44,683 nucleotides of DNA from a virus. Each line of letters opens with the position of its first letter. Positions within the stretch are counted from its first letter, which is position 1. A model generated the notes under the pieces. That model was not told the origin of the DNA. It did not search any database and saw nothing but the letters and a program-made list of their open reading frames with translations. Positions 1 through 7,308 of this stretch are shown one piece after another. The DNA lies in the UHGV virus genome UHGV-0176991. One strand, 5' to 3'. The position numbers were made by a program, and so were the translations under genes.

Positions 1-2876
1 ACAATATTTTCGCAGGCTTTGCCGCCGTGTGTGTACAGGGTAGTCCATTGGCGGGTTAACTGGTTTTCACCTTGGTACTTGATTCGCACATTCGTGTTCA
101 CCCGTCCATCTTCGTCTGTTTCCTTTGTCACGCTAACGCCGATTCCAGGGTACGAGAGGATACGGCCTGATGGCAACTCCATACACAACCACCAGCCAGG
201 AACCTTCCTGCCCGACGAATCAAATTCAACGGTACGCCATATGCGGATAGCCCTTTCACCATTCCGGCGCAAGTGTGCCCCCGCCCAAAATTCACGGCCA
301 GGATTACGAACAGCGGCTAAAATTCCGTCTTTAAGGTCGCGCCAGAACGCTACTGTTTCCGGGTGTGACTCGCGCCACATACGCTTGATTGCGTCACATG
401 TGCGCCACACTTTCTTGTCCAGAATATACGACGGTCGGTCGTCCTTTTCGCCCGGATGCGGCGGTCGCTTTGCTTCCTGGATACGCGCCCACTCATAACC
501 GCGTGCGGTAGCGGCCCATATGTGGTCGGGGAATGTACCGTCCATTGTTTTTGCCATCTCGATAAGGTCAAGACCTAAGTTTTTAGCAAACGTAACGAAC
601 GCCCCGACGCCCCCCTCATAGCCGAGACCGAGCTCGCAGTTATGCGCCACAAGAAAGCCAGAGTCGGAAGCTATAAGAAAACGGTTGCCGTCTTCCACAT
701 CAATCAGGTCGTACACTGGCTCGCAGTAGGTTAATTTCCCGTTCAAGCTCAGCAATGCGGGCAACGGCTGCATCATACTTTCGTTGAAGCTCAGGTATTC
801 GCCGTCTGTTACGGCAGTTTTCAGAACGGCTGACAAACCGAATGTTTCCAGGTTCGTAGTTACCGTCTGTGTCGATTCTGTCCATTTCGAGGTTCGGGTC
901 ATCCCAGCCTTCCAGAGTTTGAACATATCTAAGAAAAGACCTTTTATCAGTCCTCCACTGGTCAAATACCGTGATGCCTCTTGCCCCATAGTTTTTATAA
1001 CCCTTATCCCTGGGGCTTGTTGTTCGCGTGATTGCCGCGGACAGCCGGTTGAGTAATCGCGTTCTGTGCACATCATCCGGCATTGCGTCTTCGTAGCAGA
1101 AATATTGTTTACGATATTTTTTTGTTGCTTCAAGGGCGCAACGGTTGCATTGAGTGGTTTTACCTGCTCTGACATTGTCATAATAGACCCGCCCCGGCAT
1201 CTCTCCGCAATCACATTGGACGAGTAGTTGTCTTTGGCCTTGTCGTTTTGGTAACTCGCGCAGGATAACCAGGCGTCCATACCTATCTCCAGGGCTCGGT
1301 CCATCATATATTTGTTTGAAACGAGTTGCTTTGCCTGCTTCCAGGAATGCGTCAAGATTTTGTGGTCTTCGGTCATTAGCACCCCGTCCACATTTATTAC
1401 CGGTTTCCACCCCATAAGGTGCGCGCCTTTTGTATTCACCCATTTTTCACCGCTCCATACTTTATCTGTCGATGTGACCGCCATAATATCCTTAAATCCG
1501 CCATCGGTCAAAACTTGGGTATGGCGGTGAAGGCAGGCTTTACCAATCTGGCGTAAGTCTTTGCGTTCTTTCTTAATGTAATCCGGCTCCATGCCGAACA
1601 TCTTACCTGCGGTTACGCAGTAAATATCCAACCCAGCACGGAACGTATCGAGCGCGGTTTCTTCGCCAGCCAGCCACGCAAGCCCCCGGCCTTCAACGTT
1701 AGAGTAATCGGCAATAACAAACTTATGTCCGGCTTCCGGTATTATGCAGCTACGGACCGTCGATGCTGTCAGCTTGGCTACATCAAAACGGCGATGCGCC
1801 CGGCCCTTAAGTAACGCTGAAATGCCTTTATCGAGTTCATCATCGTGATAGTACCCTCGCGCCAGGTTCTGCGGCTGGAAGCCTTTACCTGCCCATCGCA
1901 GAGTACGTTTTGCCCCGCCGTACTGCAAGCAACCGCGGCGGCGGTCGTCAGAAGAGCGACCTAATAGCAGCGGGTTATATTTCGTGGATGCTGTGGACGC
2001 CGCCCCGAGTCGCATTTCGATAATAGTGCGCGCGTCGTCTGGCAAATCATCGTCCGCCAGCAGGTCGTTAAGCGTCGACTTCTGTGCGTTGTGAATACGG
2101 TGCGCAGGCGCAAGTTCACGCAGAATAGGCAGGAAATCTTTACCAGTAAGCGACCCGCCGTATTTGCGTTGGGCTTCTTCCTGTAACTGCGCTTTGTGCT
2201 TCTCTACGGCTTCAATCGCGGCTTCTGCCAGCGCGACGTCAACCTTAAACCCTCGGTCGTTAATTAACTGATCCAGTTCCAGTACCCGGTCCTCGAACTC
2301 GGAGTTACCCCACCGCGGCAGCTTATGGAAGACTTCACGCATCGCAGTGATGTCGCTCACGGCGTACTTGATGAACAGCGCCCACTCGTCCGGGTGCGTT
2401 TCGGCGGTGTAGCGGCGGATTTTGTAGTTCTTTGGCGTAGGTTTAGAAAAACGTTGAATCAGCGCCTTGCCGCGTTTATCTTTCGCATTGTCCGCGGACA
2501 CGCCCAGCACTTCGCACAACGCATCAAGTGAACCAGGCAGCGCGTGACGAAACGCCCAAATCATCGTATCAATGGTGTTGCTTACTGGAATATCAAAGCC
2601 CCAGCAGTGCTTCATGATGAGCCTGTCGAACATTGAACCGTTGTGCCATACCATCTTGATGCGGCTGTTAGGCTTCACCAGGCGGCGCAAGGCGCGGTGC
2701 AAATCTCCCGGCATGTCGCTGCCATCAGTGCAATCCCATACCTGCACAGGCTCGTCGTCAAAAGCATAGGTACAGATAAGCACTTCGGTAGTTGGATGTT
2801 CCGCGTAGGCATAGGAACCGACTTTCTTTAAATCGGCTTCGGAGAATGTTTCAAAGTCTAAGAACAGGTAACTCAT
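1..2876 (-). CDS. DNA polymerase, family A (Pol I/T7-like), N-terminal and central part; intein-containing; gene continues across the window junction into 44461..44683
   Basis: Hand translation of minus strand from ATG at 2876: MSYLFLDFETFSE (3-5 exonuclease motif), motif A IADYSNVEGRG, motif B split RQIGKA / CELGLGYEGG by an intein; frame open to position 1. Not in ORF track (no stop in window). Confidence 0.85.
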   Translation of the reverse strand, partial: MSYLFLDFETFSEADLKKVGSYAYAEHPTTEVLICTYAFDDEPVQVWDCTDGSDMPGDLHRALRRLVKPNSRIKMVWHNGSMFDRLIMKHCWGFDIPVSNTIDTMIWAFRHALPGSLDALCEVLGVSADNAKDKRGKALIQRFSKPTPKNYKIRRYTAETHPDEWALFIKYAVSDITAMREVFHKLPRWGNSEFEDRVLELDQLINDRGFKVDVALAEAAIEAVEKHKAQLQEEAQRKYGGSLTGKDFLPILRELAPAHRIHNAQKSTLNDLLADDDLPDDARTIIEMRLGAASTASTKYNPLLLGRSSDDRRRGCLQYGGAKRTLRWAGKGFQPQNLARGYYHDDELDKGISALLKGRAHRRFDVAKLTASTVRSCIIPEAGHKFVIADYSNVEGRGLAWLAGEETALDTFRAGLDIYCVTAGKMFGMEPDYIKKERKDLRQIGKACLHRHTQVLTDGGFKDIMAVTSTDKVWSGEKWVNTKGAHLMGWKPVINVDGVLMTEDHKILTHSWKQAKQLVSNKYMMDRALEIGMDAWLSCASYQNDKAKDNYSSNVIAERCRGGSIMTMSEQVKPLNATVAPLKQQKNIVNNISATKTQCRMMCTERDYSTGCPRQSREQQAPGIRVIKTMGQEASRYLTSGGLIKGLFLDMFKLWKAGMTRTSKWTESTQTVTTNLETFGLSAVLKTAVTDGEYLSFNESMMQPLPALLSLNGKLTYCEPVYDLIDVEDGNRFLIASDSGFLVAHNCELGLGYEGGVGAFVTFAKNLGLDLIEMAKTMDGTFPDHIWAATARGYEWARIQEAKRPPHPGEKDDRPSYILDKKVWRTCDAIKRMWRESHPETVAFWRDLKDGILAAVRNPGREFWAGAHLRRNGERAIRIWRTVEFDSSGRKVPGWWLCMELPSGRILSYPGIGVSVTKETDEDGRVNTNVRIKYQGENQLTRQWTTLYTHGGKACENI
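639..1535 (-). mobile_element. intein (Hint-type splicing element) inserted in DNA polymerase motif B
   Basis: In pol frame: CLHRHTQVLTDGGFKDIMAV (block A), VLMTEDHKILT (block B), VYDLIDVEDGNRFLIASDSGFLVAHN then extein Cys (blocks F/G); 897 nt = 299 codons, in frame with both exteins. Confidence 0.8.
700..1443 (-). CDS. HNH homing endonuclease (zinc-knuckle plus YKNYGxRGI and RIDxDGNYEPGN motifs), encoded in a different frame nested inside the intein
   Basis: ORF track protein: CDCGEMPGR...QCNRCA, GYKNYGARGITVFDQW, EMDRIDTDGNYEPGNIRF; GGAG 9 nt upstream of ATG (minus strand); frame differs from intein/pol frame. Confidence 0.75.
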   Translation of the reverse strand: MGEYKRRAPYGVETGNKCGRGANDRRPQNLDAFLEAGKATRFKQIYDGPSPGDRYGRLVILRELPKRQGQRQLLVQCDCGEMPGRVYYDNVRAGKTTQCNRCALEATKKYRKQYFCYEDAMPDDVHRTRLLNRLSAAITRTTSPRDKGYKNYGARGITVFDQWRTDKRSFLRYVQTLEGWDDPNLEMDRIDTDGNYEPGNIRFVSRSENCRNRRRIPELQRKYDAAVARIAELEREINLLRASVRPD

Positions 2877-2893
2877 TATTTTCGACCCTTAGT

Positions 2894-2917
2894 AAAAAGG
2901 CCCAATAAAGGGCCTTA
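2894..2917 (-). terminator. hairpin plus T-run between SSB gene and polymerase gene (possible attenuator)
   Basis: Minus-strand reading: ggccc-tttatt-gggcc followed by ttttt. Confidence 0.4.
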
Positions 2918-2935
2918 GTTAAATTGATTCAGATA

Positions 2936-3562
2936 TTAGCGGCGGCGACGTTCGCGGCGTGGTGCTTCATCTTCTTCGTCGTCTTCCAGGTCGTCGACGC
3001 TTGCGGCGACTTTAGAACCCCCGAACGCTTTACCTTCACCGACGTATTTAATCGCCAGCAGGTTAACACCGAGAACTTTGTATTTCTGGCTGAACCAGAT
3101 TTCAACGCTTACGTTAGCGACGCAGCCGCTGTAAACCTGTTCACCTTCAATCTGTTCGCCGTCTACGTTGAAGTCTTGCTCTACCTGAGTTTCGCCTTTT
3201 TTAGAGGTTACAATCAGCGGCTGTTTCTGCGCCTTCGCTTTGAAGTAGAAGCCTTCCGGGAAGTCTTCAAACGGATTGTCGCGCTCAGCAATGTCTTTAA
3301 TAGCGCATTTATCCATGTGCTTACCTTCGCCGTAGTTGGACTTCATCCATTTCTCGGCGGCGGCTGAACCTAACGCTTCTTCAACTACAGCGTAAACCGT
3401 ATCGTAGAGCGCGTCGATTTGCGCATGGTCAGACGGCAGGATGATAGTCGCGCTGTACTGGCCCTTAGTGATTGAGCCATCATCGTTTTCACGGTCTTTT
3501 TCGCGTTCGAATACGTTAACCCATGCAGTGTTTACTTTACGCAGATTCAGTTTAATACCCAT
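2936..3562 (-). CDS. single-stranded DNA-binding protein, T7 gp2.5-like, with acidic DDLEDDEEDE segment near C-terminus
   Basis: 208 aa; FYFKAKA...LIVTSKKGE and YSGCVANVSVEIWF...GEGKAFGG architecture resembling gp2.5; acidic tail. Confidence 0.5.
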   Translation of the reverse strand: MGIKLNLRKVNTAWVNVFEREKDRENDDGSITKGQYSATIILPSDHAQIDALYDTVYAVVEEALGSAAAEKWMKSNYGEGKHMDKCAIKDIAERDNPFEDFPEGFYFKAKAQKQPLIVTSKKGETQVEQDFNVDGEQIEGEQVYSGCVANVSVEIWFSQKYKVLGVNLLAIKYVGEGKAFGGSKVAASVDDLEDDEEDEAPRRERRRR

Positions 3563-3616
3563 CTTAATTTCTCGCTTTTCAGTTTACTCCGGGAAGCTGC
3601 CCGGCCAGTGATTAGA

Positions 3617-3645
3617 ACTATAATAGCTAACTATTCAGGTGTCAA
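3617..3645 (-). promoter_or_regulatory. sigma70-type promoter (minus strand) TTGACA-17-TATAGT
   Basis: Reverse complement reads TTGACAcctgaatagttagctatTATAGT; upstream of SSB gene. Confidence 0.5.
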
Positions 3646-3878
3646 CCCTTCCAGCCAGTTATTTTCTCAACTATAGTTAAATATACGTTAGGCCACTCCA
3701 AATTCTGCACCCATTTAAGTTCCTTCGTCGAGTCCAGTTCCTCAGGGTCTACTATTTCGTACTTAATCGCAACGTAGACCACGAGTGGGAGTAAGATAAT
3801 TAAAAGCGGTGTTACCATAGCCCAATAAACAACAAACGCCATAAATCCACCAAGCACCCTGAACATTTTACGAATCAT
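3642..3878 (-). CDS. small membrane protein
   Basis: Hydrophobic segments (FMAFVVYWAMVTPLLIILLPLVVYVAI); start chosen at internal ATG 3878 overlapping upstream stop (ATGA) with GAGGAGGA SD. Confidence 0.55.
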   Translation of the reverse strand: MIRKMFRVLGGFMAFVVYWAMVTPLLIILLPLVVYVAIKYEIVDPEELDSTKELKWVQNLEWPNVYLTIVEKITGWKG

Positions 3879-5116
3879 TCCAAATCCTCCTCTGTTACCT
3901 GATTCCACTCAGGCCGTTTGTCGTCTGCCGTTGCGACGCATGGCGCGCCTGGCTTACGTGTAATGAAGTCTTTCAGTTCTTCTTCCGGTATGACTTTAAC
4001 AGCTTCGGTCGGCGTCATGAGTACTACTTTTTGCAGCATAGTACCGTACTTCTCGAATACAGCATCGGTATCTTTCCATGCACGATTACCAGGGCGACCT
4101 TCAACCAGCTTGTAACCCGGCACTTTCTTACCGAAATGCAATGCGGCAGCCATAGCTTTTTCAACCTTGTCGATGTGCTGGCGCAACAACGGTAACTTCT
4201 CATACTCAGCTACGAGTTGCTCCGGCGTAAGTTCCAGCGCAAAGTCGTCCTCCAGTTCTTCCGCGAGTACAGAGTTAACGGTCTTTGTACGCGCGGCGCA
4301 CTGTTCGGAGAACCGGCACCACTGACAACCATCATCCGACGGCCTGAAGTCCGACGCTTTCAGGTTCTTCTTGCCACGGAAATACGCGTCTAGTGCTAAT
4401 AGTGCACGTTTATGTGCAAACTTAGCGAACAGTTCCAGGCCTTCAACAGAGATGTCCCACTCTGACGCGCCTCCAGCGTACGGCTGGAAGATGACCAGAC
4501 GAACAACTGTTATGTTATAACGTCTCTTTAGCCGGCGATAAACACCGAGAGCGTAAAGCATAAGCTGCTTGTTTTCTTTTGCTTCGACACGATGTCGTCC
4601 TGTTTTCAGGTCGCCGATAATGAGCATGTGCTCGTCTGTGTTAGCCAGTTCCTGCACAGCAACAAGGTCAGCGGTTCCGAACGTCTCAACGCCTTCATAT
4701 CCAGGGTGCAATACCTCAGTGAGATTGATGCGCATTTCCAGCTTGGCATAAGTCGCTACGTCGATAATCGCTTTGCAGTAGTCCGTGTACTTGCGTACCT
4801 GCTCAATCATGTCCGCTGTAATCGGTACTGCACCTTTCATCGGGCTGATAAGCGCCTTAATCTGGCCTTTGCCCTCATCCAGCACGTAAGCGCCAACTTC
4901 ACGCTCTAATGGCAACGCAGTGCCTTTGATGTACTGGTTAAGGTGCATCTCGGCTATGGTGTGCATAGCTGTGCCCAATACAGCAGCTTTACCCGACGTG
5001 TTAGGAATATCTTTCTCACAGGCCAGCGAAGCTGCACAACTTAGCCATTTCTTAGCGCCTGACGGCGACAGCAAGGCGTGTACATCGTTATTGCCGCCGC
5101 GTTCTTTTAAAATCAT
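3875..5116 (-). CDS. PD-(D/E)XK exonuclease, Cas4/RecB-like (DUF2800-type)
   Basis: 413 aa; GTADLV...IGDLKTG...QLMLYALG nuclease motifs and C-terminal CQWCRFSEQC cysteine cluster. Confidence 0.7.
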   Translation of the reverse strand: MILKERGGNNDVHALLSPSGAKKWLSCAASLACEKDIPNTSGKAAVLGTAMHTIAEMHLNQYIKGTALPLEREVGAYVLDEGKGQIKALISPMKGAVPITADMIEQVRKYTDYCKAIIDVATYAKLEMRINLTEVLHPGYEGVETFGTADLVAVQELANTDEHMLIIGDLKTGRHRVEAKENKQLMLYALGVYRRLKRRYNITVVRLVIFQPYAGGASEWDISVEGLELFAKFAHKRALLALDAYFRGKKNLKASDFRPSDDGCQWCRFSEQCAARTKTVNSVLAEELEDDFALELTPEQLVAEYEKLPLLRQHIDKVEKAMAAALHFGKKVPGYKLVEGRPGNRAWKDTDAVFEKYGTMLQKVVLMTPTEAVKVIPEEELKDFITRKPGAPCVATADDKRPEWNQVTEEDLE

Positions 5117-5373
5117 TATTTAGCGTCCTCTGGTAGTTCCGGTAAATACATCCAGTGCGTTATGCCCATCTCGATATACTGTTTCGTATATAACTGATTT
5201 CCGTTTTTATCCAGCCCAGCAGTAATGTCGTCGAAATAGTCCTGTATATGTACAAAATCAATTCCACCTTCCGGGAACCCGTTATCGCCATATTTACGGC
5301 CATCTACTGAGCAAACTAAAACAGAATCGTCTTTTGACTCCGGTAATGCTTCGTTTACGCTAATCCAATTCAT
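5116..5373 (-). CDS. DUF551-like phage protein
   Basis: MNWISVNEALPE...ITHWMYLPELP pattern; start at internal ATG 5373 overlapping upstream stop. Confidence 0.5.
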   Translation of the reverse strand: MNWISVNEALPESKDDSVLVCSVDGRKYGDNGFPEGGIDFVHIQDYFDDITAGLDKNGNQLYTKQYIEMGITHWMYLPELPEDAK

Positions 5374-5642
5374 GCCCTGCTTTCCCACTGGTCGATTAAA
5401 TGTCGTGTCTTGTGATGACAGTGCATAGCCCACCCATACATCGACTCGAAGACATAAAAGTCAGGTTTAGCGAAAGTCGTGCGCTTAATCTGCGACACGT
5501 GGCGGCCTATATCTTTAGGCCGTGGTGCCTGGCCTAAGTACGCCATCTCTTCCATCTGGTGCGCACCGGACGGCGCACGCAAGAGCCATAGCGCCTCTGT
5601 GTTATCCCGCCTGTCTACGGCGCGGTAGAGTTGGTAAATCAT
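5370..5642 (-). CDS. hypothetical protein
   Basis: ORF in tight ATGA-overlapped early gene string; start at ATG 5642. Confidence 0.45.
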   Translation of the reverse strand: MIYQLYRAVDRRDNTEALWLLRAPSGAHQMEEMAYLGQAPRPKDIGRHVSQIKRTTFAKPDFYVFESMYGWAMHCHHKTRHLIDQWESRA

Positions 5643-5869
5643 TCGGAGTCCCTCGCTTCCAACATTGCATCGGCCATGATATATGCCATTTGCGCGACCT
5701 GCGCGGTGTTCCCCGCGGCTACAGGGTGCACTGCGTCCGCTGGGTAGCTGGCAAGCCACCCTTGAAGAGCTTTAGCCGCGAAGTAATCGCGCAATGACAC
5801 GCCTTCTTCGGCGTAATTATGGTCCGACCCTGCGACAGGAAAAGCCTGTCCACCATTATTTCCACACAT
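5639..5869 (-). CDS. hypothetical protein
   Basis: 76 aa ORF in early gene string. Confidence 0.45.
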   Translation of the reverse strand: MCGNNGGQAFPVAGSDHNYAEEGVSLRDYFAAKALQGWLASYPADAVHPVAAGNTAQVAQMAYIMADAMLEARDSE

Positions 5870-5912
5870 AATTCCGGCCCTCAGTTAAAGCGGCCCGAAG
5901 GCCGCAGGATAG

Positions 5913-6389
5913 TTATTCTTCTTCGAAATACTTGTTCTTGATTGCTGTCAGGCGTTCCAGATATTCAGCCAGGTCTTCGTCTTTAATCGCAGCAATCTTC
6001 ATCTTCTTACCGGTGAACTCTTCCAGCAGTTCATCTGAATCATCGCACGCGGCGTCACTCGGACCTTCGTTAATCGCATCGTCGATAGCCTGAATCTGGT
6101 CTCGCAGAGACTGGTAATCGACTTCTTCTTCCGGCTCTGGTGTTGGTTCCTCTACTTTAGCTTTACGCGGCTTGCGTTTCGGTGCCTCAATTACCTCTCC
6201 TGATTTATTTGTTGATTGCGCCTTGTTCTGTTCAATTACTATTTTAACAGCGGCTTCTTTCGCCTGTTCAAGGACGTTTTCGACTTCTAACGGCGCTGCA
6301 ACTTGTACTGACTGTTTCGCGATATTCGCGGCAATCAGTTCATGCGCAACTACGAAACGTTCCAGTAATTTTAAGAATTGGTCTAACAT
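5913..6389 (-). CDS. hypothetical protein with strongly acidic C-terminal half
   Basis: 158 aa; EEPTPEPEEEVDY...DDSDELLEEF...KYFEEE. Confidence 0.5.
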   Translation of the reverse strand: MLDQFLKLLERFVVAHELIAANIAKQSVQVAAPLEVENVLEQAKEAAVKIVIEQNKAQSTNKSGEVIEAPKRKPRKAKVEEPTPEPEEEVDYQSLRDQIQAIDDAINEGPSDAACDDSDELLEEFTGKKMKIAAIKDEDLAEYLERLTAIKNKYFEEE

Positions 6390-6413
6390 TATTTGTTCTC
6401 CTGTTTATTTAGG

Positions 6414-6650
6414 TTACTCGCTGTCGCCTTCTGTAAGGCTATCGTCTATTAATTCAAATTTACCGTTTGAATGTTGAATGGCTTCTTGCCCACAATGGTC
6501 GCAAACCACCAGTTTATCGAATCCGTCAAACTCATCCCCGACTACACAAGAAAGTACAAATTTATGTTTTGTACATACTTCTTGCGGTTCGCCGAAAATT
6601 GCCCAGAAACCTTTAGCTATAGCTCCTGTGATTATGTTCATATCTGTCAC
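6414..6650 (-). CDS. small zinc-ribbon protein (CxxH...CDHCG)
   Basis: 78 aa; CTKHKF...VVCDHCGQ. Confidence 0.5.
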   Translation of the reverse strand: MTDMNIITGAIAKGFWAIFGEPQEVCTKHKFVLSCVVGDEFDGFDKLVVCDHCGQEAIQHSNGKFELIDDSLTEGDSE

Positions 6651-6670
6651 CTCTCGTTTGGTATGGGCTA

Positions 6671-6700
6671 ACTATAATAGCTAACTATTCATTATGTCAA
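6671..6700 (-). promoter_or_regulatory. sigma70-type promoter (minus strand) TTGACA-18-TATAGT
   Basis: Reverse complement TTGACAtaatgaatagttagctatTATAGT; shares 22 nt with the promoter at 3617..3645. Confidence 0.5.
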
Positions 6701-6764
6701 TGGGCTTTTCTAAAATAATTAATATGGTACTATTCACATATCAACTGACTAAGGAGTAATTGAC

Positions 6765-6980
6765 ATGCAACCATCTGAACTAGGCATCCGTGTAGAACAA
6801 CGCCGCAAAGAACTCGGCATCTCCCAGCGCCGTCTGGCAGTCCTGGCCGGCATTTCCCAGGGTGCGATTAACCAGCTGGCACTCGGGGTAACTCAGGACG
6901 TCCGCCCGGCGACGCTGTTCAAGCTGGCGGAAGTGCTGCAAGTAGACGCCAAGTGGCTGGCGTTAGGTGAAGGGGCTTAA
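6765..6980 (+). CDS. HTH XRE-family (Cro/CI-type) transcriptional regulator
   Basis: 71 aa; LGISQRRLAVLAGISQGAINQLALG helix-turn-helix; strong SD aaggag; opposite strand to neighbours. Confidence 0.7.
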   Translation: MQPSELGIRVEQRRKELGISQRRLAVLAGISQGAINQLALGVTQDVRPATLFKLAEVLQVDAKWLALGEGA

Positions 6981-7000
6981 CGCCCCTTTCTTTTTATTGC
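6971..7000 (+). terminator. intrinsic terminator (aggggc-ttaac-gcccct + T-run)
   Basis: GC hairpin followed by ttctttttatt directly after HTH gene stop. Confidence 0.6.
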
Positions 7001-7011
7001 AACTTGTTGAG

Positions 7012-7308
7012 TTATTCCAACTTTTTAATCCTGCGTTGCAGCATCAGGTATTGAAGTAGAGACAAAGGCCACACACTTACCGGGAAGCTGATTACAATCG
7101 CCAATCCAAAAATTGATGTATAGATGGCTTCGATAATCTCCCCTAGTGTCATATCTAAAACGTCTTTAAACCTCCAGACACTCCCCGCTGTCCATTTACA
7201 AAAAGTCCACCAGTTGTTTGCTACGCAAGAAACACATGTCAGGTACGACGGGCGGTAGCCTGCGTTCACTGCTTTAATTGGGTCATTGGTGAAGTCGTAA
7301 ATATTCAT
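7012..7308 (-). CDS. membrane protein
   Basis: 98 aa; hydrophobic C-terminal region; ATGA overlap with primase-helicase stop and same GAGGAGGA SD element as at 3878. Confidence 0.5.
   Translation of the reverse strand: MNIYDFTNDPIKAVNAGYRPSYLTCVSCVANNWWTFCKWTAGSVWRFKDVLDMTLGEIIEAIYTSIFGLAIVISFPVSVWPLSLLQYLMLQRRIKKLE

Noticed and set aside
19-498. Plus-strand ORFs antisense to real genes (19..498, 17249..17830 and 27449..28102 and 32244..32939 on minus, 29666..30298, 37392..38063 and similar)
   Set aside because: Each is fully contained in the opposite strand of a gene with clear motif support; no initiation signals; judged spurious.
6765-6980. Lysogeny module (repressor plus integrase)
   Set aside because: Only a lone XRE HTH gene is present; no tyrosine or serine recombinase-like ORF, excisionase or att-like repeat was recognised, so the phage is treated as virulent.
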